Shown here one piece after another: positions 54,340 to 64,000 of a stretch of 64,000 bases of DNA (within the stretch, counting starts at the first letter, position 1; each line of letters begins with the position of its first letter). The position numbers and the translations under genes were made by a program. The notes beneath the pieces are model-generated. The model ran no database searches. It was given only the letters and a program-made list of their open reading frames with translations, and was not told the DNA's origin. The DNA is from the human T2T-CHM13v2.0 reference genome, Homo sapiens, in assembly GCF_009914755.1 (NCBI RefSeq), contig NC_060933.1; one strand, written 5' to 3'.

Positions 54340-54550
54340 ATTAGATGTGTTTTGAAGTAATGTTTATTAAATATGTTTGTGTTTAGTATTATTAAGTATT
54401 CTTCATGGACTGATCCTTTTAATATTATATACAATTACCCTTTTTATGTCTGTAACTATTTTTAGTAATTTTAGTTTGTCTATAATTAACATGACCTCAC
54501 CAGCTGTCTCATGCTTAATACAAATAGAGGTTATACCTTTTTTCACTAAT
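54340..54550 (-). mobile_element. L1ME-type EN-region fragment (host; probably continues at ~58505-58645)
   Basis: TTTTGAAGTAATGTTTATTAAAT..TCTTCATGGACTGATCCTTTTAATATTATATA..TCTATAATTAACATGACCTCACCAGCT. Confidence 0.55.
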
Positions 54551-55922
54551 ATTTTACATTTTAAAAATTGTGGAATTTTTAAATATATAAGATCTACCCT
54601 CTTAGCAAAATTAGAAATGAATAGTACAGTATTGTTAACTATAAGTATAATGTTGTATAGCAGATCTCTAGAAATTTTCATCTTGTATTACTGAAACTTT
54701 ATGTCCATTGAAAAGCACATCCCCAGTACTTTTTCAGACCCTCTTCCTGCCCTCTGGAGACTACCATTTTACTTCTACTTAGCATTTCACTTAGCAGAAT
54801 GTCACTGAGGTTCACCTAACTTCTATTATAAGACAAAATTTCTTTTCTTTTTTAAAGCTAAATAGTATTTTTATTATATGCATATGCGACATTATATCTA
54901 TTCATTCATCCATCAATGGACATTAAGTTGTTTCTCCATAACTTGCCTATTATGAATAATTATGCAATGAACAAGGGAGTGCAAATATATCTTTGAGATC
55001 CCTGTTTCATTTATTTTGCATAAATACCCAGAAATGGGATTGTTGGATTATATGGTAGTTTTATTTTTAATTATTTGAGGAATGCTTATATGTGCATAGA
55101 AGTTCCAATATCTCCAGTCTTCACTAACACTTATTTTCCATCTGTTTTATAATGTCAGTCCTAACAGTTATGAGATTATATCATATTGTGGTTTTATTTG
55201 CATTTCCTGATTATTAGTAATGGTGAGCAACTTTTCATATACCTGTGAGCCATTTATATGTTTTCTTTGGAGAAATGTCTAAGTCTTTTGCCCATTTTTT
55301 AATCAAGCTATTTACTTTTTTTCTTTCTGAGTTATAGGAGTTTCTTATATGTTATTTATTTTGGATACTAACCATTTATCATATGTCAGGTTTGCAAATT
55401 TTTTCTCACATTCCATATATTGTCTTTTCAGTATCTTGATCATTTTCTTTGCTGTGCAGAGCTTTTTATTTTGATAGAGTCCTTTCGTCTATTTCTGCTT
55501 TTGTTGTCTGTACTTTTGGTATACTCATGAAATCATAGCCAAGATCAATATCAAGTAGACTTTTTCCCTAAGTTTTCTTCCTATAGTTTTATAGTTTCAG
55601 GTTTTACATTTAAGTCTTTAATTTATGTTGAGTTTTTTTTTGTGTGTGTATGGTGTAAAAAAAAAAAAAGTTTCCAATCTCATTCTTCTGCGTGTAGAAA
55701 TCCAGTTATTGCAACACCAACTGTTGAAAATATGAAGATATTCTCTTTTCTCCATTGTATATTCTTGGCACTGTTGTTAAACATCAGTTGATTCTATGTG
55801 CATTATTTTATTCCTGCCCTCTCTATTTTCTTCTGTTGGTCTATAAATCTTTTGTTATGCTTGTACCATATTGTTTTAATTACTATACCTTTGAAATATG
55901 TTTTGAAATCATATTTCAATTG

Positions 55923-55999
55923 ATTAGATGTGTTTTGAAATATGATGAATTAGATGTGTTTTGAAGTGTGATGAATTAGATGTGTTTTGAAGTGTGATG
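55923..55999 (+). repeat. Three tandem 26-bp units ATTAGATGTGTTTTGAA(A/G)T(A/G)TGATG(A)
   Basis: Units at 55923, 55949 and 55975, read directly. Confidence 0.95.
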
Positions 56000-56336
56000 C
56001 CTTCATCTTTGTTCTTTCTAAAGATTACGTTTACTATTTAGGGTCAATTGTGTTTTACATCAAGTTTAGAAGTTTGTTTCTATTTTTATAAAAAAAAAAC
56101 AATGGAATTTTGATACAGATAACATTGCATCTGTAGATTGTTTTTGGTAGTATTTTAACAATACGAACAATATGAACATGGACATGGGATGTCCATGAAC
56201 ATGGAATGTAGTTTGATTTATTTGTGTCTTCTTTAATTTCTGTCTGTGATGTTTTGTATTTTTCAATTCATAAGACTTATTCCAGGTTATTCAGTTTGTT
56301 AGTGTATAATTTCTTACAGTACTCTCGTAATCTTTT

Positions 56337-56650
<314 letters not shown>

Positions 56651-57182
56651 TCATAATCCTTTTTTTAAAAAATGTTTCTGTTGTCTGTTGCAATGACTCC
56701 TATTTAATTTATGATTTTATTTATTTAAATCTTCTCTAAATTTTTCTTAGTTTTACTAAAAGCTTTTTGCTTTTGTTGATCTTTTAAAAAATCAATTCTT
56801 AGTTTCAATGATTTTATATACCTTTTCTTTTATTATGTTTCTCTATTTCTGTTCTTTTTTAAAATTATTTTCCTCTTCTGCTAATTTAGAGTTAAGTTTG
56901 TTCCTCTTTTGCTAGTTATTAGTGGTATAGTGTTAGGTTGATTATTTGAGTTTTTTTTTATTTAATGTAGGCATTTATTGCTATAAATTTCTCCCTTAGT
57001 AGTTTTTTTTCTGTATTCCATGAGTTTTGTTATATTGTGTTTTCTCTTTAGTTTGATACAATATATTTTCTAATTTTTCCTTCAGTTCTTCTTGGACTGT
57101 TTCATTGTTTAAGAGCAAATGGTTTAATTTCCATATACTTGTGAATTGTCCAGTTTTCCTTTTGCAGTTGATTTTTAGTTTC

Positions 57183-57363
57183 TTTTTATTTTCATATATT
57201 TTGAGAGATGGGGGGCTCGCTTTTTTGCCCAGACTGAAGTTCAGTGCCTATTCACAGGTGTAGTTATAGCACACTGCAGCCTCAAACTCCTGAACTCAAG
57301 CTATCCTCATGCCTCAGCCTCTCAAGTAATTGAGAGTAGAGGTACATGCCACCACACTTGGTC
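57183..57363 (-). mobile_element. FAM (fossil Alu monomer)
   Basis: Monomer whose reverse complement contains GCAGTGTGCTATAACTACACCTGTGAATAGGCACTG, the 7SL-derived segment (GCGCCTGTGAATAGCCACTG) kept in FAM but absent from dimeric Alu arms. Confidence 0.85.
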
Positions 57364-57919
57364 CTCTGTTATTTTTGGTTTAAAAAAATACTAGGTAGAA
57401 TTTTAGTCTTCTTAAATTTGTTAAGACTTTTTTTTTTCTCATTTTGGTGACCTAACTTGTGGTCCATCATTGAGAATGTCCTATGTGTGCTTGAGAAAAA
57501 CAAGTATTCTGTAGCATTGGGGTGAAATACTCTGTTTATGCTGTTAGGTCCATTTGCTTTATAGTGTTGTTCAAGTCCCCTATTGCCTTATTGATCTTCT
57601 ATTTGAATATTTTATCTATTATTGAAAGTGGGTTATTAAAATCTACTATTATTTTAGTTGCTATTTGTCACTTGAGTCTTGTCAATATTTGCTTCATATA
57701 TTTAGATACTCCAATGTTTGGTATCTGTACTGTTATAATTGTTATATTTCCCTGGTGATATTTTATTATTATAGTATCTTTTTTTGTCTCTTGTGAGTTT
57801 TGTATCTAAAGTCTACTTTGTTTGATGTAAATATGTTCATCCTGCTCTCTTTCGGTTACTGTTTGAATGAAATATTTTTATCCATCCCTCACTGTCAGCT
57901 TATGTGTATCCTAAAACAC

Positions 57920-58500
57920 AAAGACACTTAGTAATAAAATTGTCAAAAGTAAAAGAAAAAGAATTTTGAAAGCAATATTAAAAGGACTTGTCACATACAA
58001 GAGAAACATGCTAAGACTACCAGCAGATTTCTCAGCAAAAATCTTGGAGGCCAAAAGGAAGTGGGGTGTATATTTAAAGTGTCACAAGAAAGCAGCCAAA
58101 CAACAGCAACAACAACAACAACAAAATACCAGAAAAAAAAAAAAACCCAGTCAACCAATAATACCAAATTTGGCAAAATTGTCCTTTTAAAATGAAGAAG
58201 AGATAAGGACCTAGGATTTAAACAAAAGTTGAGGGAGTTCATCACCATTAGGCCTATTTTACTAAAAATTCTAAAATGAGATTCTGAAATGAAAAGATAT
58301 TGAAAAGCAACACAAAAGTGTATTTGAGTATAAACCTCTCGTAAAGGTAAATATATAGACAAATACAAAATAATATAATACTGTAATAGTGGTGTGTAAG
58401 TAAATTTTAATTCAATTTATAGAAGTTAAAATACAAAAGCATAAAAGAACTTGAACTGTTAAGATGTGTTAATACGCATTAACACATTTTTATATAAAAA
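57920..58500 (+). mobile_element. L1 ORF1 C-terminus plus inter-ORF region; probable inverted 5' segment of the 54560-57915 element
   Basis: ORF 57966-58190 (LVTYKRNMLRLPADFSAKILEAKRKW) and AAACAAAAGTTGAGGGAGTTCATCACCATTAGGCCT are ORF1p; the strand switch is abrupt at ~57918. Confidence 0.85.
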
Positions 58501-58649
58501 TGTTCTTTTTGCTCTTGATTTCAAATATTCTAAAAATATACCTATAATAAACCTTCACAAATTAGGTTAAAATCTCATGTGGTGCATGTCTTCTGGCAAG
58601 AAATTATCTTTGCTTACATCTGAAAAAATCTGTATTTCAACCTTATTAT

Positions 58650-60350
58650 TTTAGAAAATTTTATTTTAGAACAGAGTTGAATTTACAGATAAGCTGCAAA
58701 GATACTACAGAACATTCTTATATACTCCACACTCAATTTCCCTTATTAAAATCTTACATTACTATGTCACATTTGTTTAAATTAATGTACAAATATTAAC
58801 ATGTTATTGTGATTAAATTTATATTTTATCCATAATTCCATTATTTTTACCTGATGTTCTTTTTCTATCCCAGTAGTTCACATTCAATTTATTTGCTATA
58901 TTTCTTTAGGCTCCTCCAGATTGTAAGAGTTACCTAGAAATTTCTTGTTTTTGATGACCTTGAAAGTTCTAAGAAATGTTAGTTGGGCATTTTGTAGAAA
59001 GTAAATCCCTCAACTAGAATTTGTCTTGTATTTTTCTTATGATTAGACTGGAGGTATACGTTTTTGCAAGAAGGATGATATAGTAAAAGACCATTTTCAG
59101 CACATGATACTACCAATATGACTTACAACTGATGTTGATCTTGATCACCTAGCTGGAGTGTTTGTCAAGTTTCTCCATGATAAGACTACTCCTTGTTCCC
59201 ATTTTTATATTACCTAAACTATCTGAAAGAAATTTTCTGTGTACAGTCCACACCTATCTAAAGGATTTGTCCATCTAAAGTCCACACCTAAAGAGAAGGA
59301 TTCACCTCTTTAATGGTGGAATACCTACTTAAATTGTTTGGAATTTTCTGCAAGGGAGATAAGTCTTTACCCCTCATTTATTTGTTCAATGATCCAAATG
59401 TATCAGTATGGAGCCAGATATTTATTGTATGTTCGGGTTAAAGTCCAATAGTACTAAAGTGATTTTGTGGTTTAAAATATTCCAGCTTTTGTCATTTGGA
59501 GCTCTTTCAATTGGTGCCTGACTTCCTTTTAGCTTCCCCCATCATTAGTTCCATCCTTTTGGGTTTTGCTGTTGGTGGTGGTGGTGATGGTGGTGGTTGA
59601 GTACTTTATTACTTTCTGACACTATAAGATTCTCCAGGCTCACCTTCCAGATTTCTTGACCAATATTAGAATTAACCATTTCTCCAAAGAGTTCTGTTTC
59701 CTTGTACCAGAAAATGATAATACAAAGCAAGATATTATTGTTGTTTGTTGTATTATTGTTTGTTGTTTCTGAGGTACTATTGATTCTAGAGTATCTCAGC
59801 TCGCAGAGAAGGGAAATACATGTGTGTATGCTGTCTAGATGGATAACTAGATAGAAACATCATGTTAAACTAGGAATGAGTTTATACTGATATCTTCAGT
59901 TCTAATCCATTACTATGTAGATAGTTCTGGCCTCTTTACATTGCTGGTGTTGAAACTCCAATTTCAGCAGTGGTATAGCCTTAACCCATGTCATCATGGG
60001 CCAGAAAATTTTATCATCTAGAAGACAATACTTATGCAGTTTCTTTTATGTTTAGTCTTGCATATTCCAAGCATTTTTAAGGTTACTTAGCAAATTTCGT
60101 ACCACACTCACTTACATGAAGTTTTTTCATGCATTTGTAAGATAATTAGATTAATTTATAGCATTTCACATTTTATCATGAGATCTCCTAAGATCCTAAA
60201 TATTTGTTTTAAGTTTGCATACATTAAATTTTACTCTGTGCTTTGTAAATTTTGTAGGTTTGGCAAGTTTCTCTTGTAGTGTTTGCACCACCACTGTAAC
60301 ATATAGAAAGGTTTGCCACCCTAAAAATTCTTCTTAAAGTCATCTATTCA
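58650..60350 (-). mobile_element. L1MC/L1MD-type fragments (long 3' UTR and more internal pieces)
   Basis: AATTTACAGATAAGCTGCAAAGATACTACAGAACATTC..GATTAGACTGGAGGTATAC..TGATCTTGATCACCTAGCTG. Confidence 0.7.
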
Positions 60351-60354
60351 GTTT

Positions 60355-60911
60355 CCATAACAGTGCGGCAAATGGTCACATTCTTGTGAGAATTTAGTTA
60401 GTTCATAGCAAATCTACATTTTACAAAGATAAGGTGAACATCTGAAGAAAAAGTAAGTACAGGAAGAAACAATTGTGTAAACTCCTCAGGGTGGATGAAG
60501 GAATGATTCATCTCATCTTGCCTTGTTCTGAAACTTAGAAGATGAGCTATAATAGATGTTATCAGTGTGGAATTGAACAGATTTTAGTTTCAGGAGCCAT
60601 ATTAAGATTGCAGATCTACAGTTACAATTGACATTTCCTTGGTTTAAGGAAGGATACATACATTTTGAAAATGTTGAAGACAGCAAATAATTAACTTACG
60701 ATTGATTTTGTGGAGATAATCCTGAGGAAATTCCTAAGGTCTTTTCCTTTTCCATGAGAGTCTGGCTAATGTATAATGTTACTTCACAAAGTTGTAAAGG
60801 AACAGTTATTCATTGGGAAAGAAGATGGCTGTGTAGTGTCTCAGCTTCCAGGCTTAATTTTCCCTTTGTCATAAAGAGCTTGGAGGTCCTGATATTTTAT
60901 TTTCCTTTACA
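60355..60911 (-). mobile_element. MER4-group ERV1 LTR (partial)
   Basis: Reverse complement begins TGTAAAGGAAAATAAAATATCAGGACCTCCAAGCTCTTTATGACAAAGGGAAAATTAAGCCTGGAAGCTGAG, a MER4-type LTR start. Confidence 0.75.
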
Positions 60912-60948
60912 TATGCTTAGTTTTAGATTTGTCTTTTTCTTATCCTGC

Positions 60949-61713
60949 CGAAATGAAAGCATTCCTGAGCCCCCTCTCAGAACACATAACAGGGGTGTGG
61001 CTCACCTGTTTGTCTGTGGCACCTACTCAAACCCCTTATGAGAGGGGGAGCACACAGGTGGGCAGGTGCAGGAGCTGGGGCAAGTGCTTTGGGGCTCTGG
61101 CCCCACAGTGGTGTCTAGGGGTGGGTGCCTGTGACTCTCAAAGCCCAAGTGGGCATGTGTTACAGTGCATTCTTTTAGCTTTGCAGTCTGCAGTTGGCTT
61201 AAGTGTTAACCAGCTCAGTGCCCTCTTGGTACCCAGGTCTTTTTCCAGCATCCTGAAAGAGTCATGTCACACACGTACTTGAGGGATGAATGTGGGGGTT
61301 TTATTGAGTGGTGGAGGTGGCTGTCAGCAGGATGGATGGGAAGCTGGAAGGGGGATACATTGGGAAAGTGATCTTCCCCTGGAGTTTGGCTGTCCAGCAG
61401 TGGATCTCTTCTGCAACCACTCCCAGCAGAACTCCTCTCTGTGTTTAGAGACTCCTTCTCTTCTCTCTCCTGTGCTGTTCTGCCATTTTTTTCTGCTCTT
61501 CTGTTTGTCTCCTTGTGTCCTTCTGGAGCCTGAGGTCTGGGGTTTTTATATGTACAGGACGGGGGTTATGGCAGGCCAAAAGGTAACTTTTGGGTATGAA
61601 AACAGGAATGGCTGTTTCCATTTAGTGCCAGGGGTTTCCAGGTTTGAGGGTGGGGCCTTTGCCAGGGAACCGTCCTCTTCTACCCAGTATTTCCCTGTCT
61701 CCTGCCCATATCA
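60949..61713 (-). mobile_element. LTR1-family solo LTR (ERV1), complete
   Basis: Reverse complement starts TGATATGGGCAGGAGACAGGGAAATACTGGGTAGAAGAGGACGGTTCCC; exact 4-bp TSD CTGC (60945-60948 / 61714-61717); inserted in antisense L1 ORF1. Confidence 0.9.
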
Positions 61714-63180
61714 CTGCTTTGTATTTTTTGAGCTTTCTAGATCTGTAGTGTGATGTGTTTCATTTATTTCGGAAAATCCCTAGCCACTATTTCTTCCAGT
61801 ATCTCTTCTGCCCTATTGTCTCTCTTTTCCTTTTAGTATTTCATTTGTGTATATGTTACAGCTTTTAAATTATACCTCAGGTTTGGGATGTTCTGTTAAT
61901 AATTAATTTTTGTTTTCTCTCTTTGCATTTCAGTTTGAAATGTTTCTATTAACCTATATCCAAACATTCTTCATTTCCATTTAAGTAGGGTTTTTTTTAA
62001 TTTGTAGTATTCTCTTTTGATTTTATTTTTGAGTTTTCATCTCTTTGACTAGATAACCTACCTATTCTTGCATGTTGTATATTTTAGAGCCTTTAACACT
62101 TAATTTATGATATTCATGATAACTCTACTATCACTAGCATATAAGAGTATGATTCTAATGTCCTGTTTCTTCAGACTGCATTTTAGTTGCCTTTTAGAAT
62201 TGCTTGGAATTTGTTGTTGTTGTTGTTGTTGAAAGCTAGACCTGATGTACTAAGTAGTCAAAACTGAAGTTAAATAGGTCTATAGAGTGAGGTTTTATCT
62301 AAGTATGGCCAAAATTTGGGCGACTTTTTAAAAAATATTTTCTATAGTTGTTGGTGCAAGAGGGTTCAAATTCCTCTAGGTTCATTTTTTTTTGTCTTTC
62401 CTCTTGACAAAGCTTTCTGATGTAATCTTCTTCAAGTAACTCTATTTTGCAGCTCTTTTATTTTTAATTCACTGTGTTATAATGGAGTCATGTTGGTTTG
62501 GTGATAAGGTATGAAAGCAGGGATGCAATCTATAATCATTTAATTACATTTCAGTCTTTCTATGGGCCTATGTCTCAAGGCTGTTTCATAAGTGTTTTTT
62601 AGCTCCTCATCCACATAGGTAAGACACGAAGTTATATGTGAGCTAGAATGAAAGAAATACCCTTTCCCCTGGTGGGATAAGGCTTGGGAGCAATCTTTTC
62701 TCCTGAAGAGTAGTTCTTTGTTTGAAGGCCTTGAGGGTATTTCACAAGTGTTAATTTTTCCCTTGATGTAGGAGAGCTATTAGAATATCTTTCTTGGCTT
62801 TTCATCATATGAACTCAATGGGGCTCCTAGAAATAAAACCCATGCAAATATGCAGACTTGCTCATTCCAAAAACTACCAGAAAATTTTCTCTCTTGCTAT
62901 TTCATTCTTTCTTTGCCTACAGCAAGTCGCCAAAATTACCACCTCAGTGTTCCTACAGGTTATTGGCTCCAGCAGCTTCTGCTCCAGTAAGCAGATCTTG
63001 CTTGTAACTCTGCATTCACCTGTTTCTTCCAACTTGGGGGCAGTGGTTTTCCCATTGAACGAAATTTTCTAAGGGGTTAAAGGAGAGTCCTTTGTTTTCA
63101 ATCTGTTCAGCTCTTTCTTGTTGTTAGGACAAGAGTGATAATTTCCAAACTCAACATGTTGAAGCTGAGACCAGAGGTCT
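61714..63180 (-). mobile_element. L1M (MC/MD-type) ORF1 and 5' UTR through to the 5' end
   Basis: ATTTCGGAAAATCCCTAGCCACTATTTCTTCCAGTATCTCTTCTG (ORF1) ... AACATGTTGAAGCTGAGACCAGAGGTC (5'-end-like). Confidence 0.65.
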
Positions 63181-63189
63181 GTTATATTA

Positions 63190-64000
63190 TTATTATTGAA
63201 AACCAGATATTGTATGTAAAAGAATAGTGTAATCGGGCATAAATAATTTTTATGACAGTAAATTTACTTTTTTTTGTAAGGGCATTACTGTGAGGTTTGA
63301 GTCAATCTAGACTGTAGTTGACCTGGGTCTGGATATCCTTGTTGCTATAGTTAGCTTAAGTGCACAACATGCTTCAAATTCTTACAGTGATGAACAGCCA
63401 CCGCTTTGCACTTAGTATAAAGCCAAGACCACCATATGGTTTATTTCAAATTTTTTGCTCCTGAGATTTCAGTATACCTGAATCACAGGAGTGGGTCACT
63501 CTGCATTCTTGCCCCTCTCTAAGAACACATTACAATTGCTTGTCACTGCCCTCAAGTCTTATAGTGGAAGCAAGGGAATCAAGATTTCTTTTTTATTTAT
63601 TTATTTATTTTTATGTCTTATATTAGCTCTTTTTCCCTGTACCTTGGGGATAGGACTTTCTCATTATTTTATTTCCCATAATGTCAAATAATTTCTACTC
63701 CCCTATTCATTGCCAAAACTAGTGCTGGCAGACTTTCTGTCCCTCCCACAGAGGCAGCCTACATCTGCCTGCTGTCAGTAAAAATTCAGAAATACAGGCT
63801 TCTTTTCCACTTCTGTTCCCACAAAATATGCTCTTTGCTTTATGCCAGAGAAGGACCAGTGAACTAGTAAATATTCTGCCTAGTACAAGACAAATAACTT
63901 GAACTCACATAGGATCTAGAATGGTTCTAGAAATCTTCTGGTTCTTCTGCCCTTTTTCCAATCTAGGCAGGCCCTTCATACTTGTGCCATGGAGGGCAGA
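63190..64000 (-). mobile_element. Further old L1M 5' region, running off the window
   Basis: CCAGATATTGTATGTAAAAGAATAGT..CTTGTTGCTATAGTTAGCTTAAGTGCACAACATGCTTCAAATTC. Confidence 0.5.

Noticed and set aside
60754-61753. Cluster of 95-155 aa ORFs
   Set aside because: They lie within MER4-type and LTR1 LTRs; higher GC lowers stop frequency

Overview
Primate (most likely human) genomic DNA. It is very AT-rich, CpG-poor and non-coding, and roughly 60% is recognisable interspersed repeat. I found no host protein-coding gene, RNA gene, CpG island or CRISPR array. Every ORF in the track is a fragment of L1 ORF1/ORF2, an Alu or LTR read-through, or a chance ORF. The window is a stack of nested insertions. 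LINEs: old L1ME/L1MC/L1MD, a near full-length ~7 kb L1MA4A/5-type element at 39.2-46.3 kb, L1PA15/16 and L1PA4-like 3' ends, and L2 and L3/CR1 remnants. SINEs: seven Alus, one FAM monomer and several MIRs. LTR elements: MSTA, MLT1A, MLT2B, LTR33 x2, LTR1, and MER4- and MER51-like pieces. DNA transposons: MER6B and MADE1. Subfamily names come from recalled consensus sequences and need RepeatMasker/Dfam confirmation. I see no evidence for a new multi-gene system. The most notable signals are mechanistic scars. One is a multi-template patchwork insertion at ~55.9 kb that copies 22 bp from 1.6 kb upstream (template-switch or polymerase-theta-like). Two old L1s show 5'-inversion (twin-priming) architecture. 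There is also an unexplained 72-nt imperfect hairpin in apparently unique DNA at 50.55 kb, a small POU-motif cluster, and a candidate 35-nt micro-exon.
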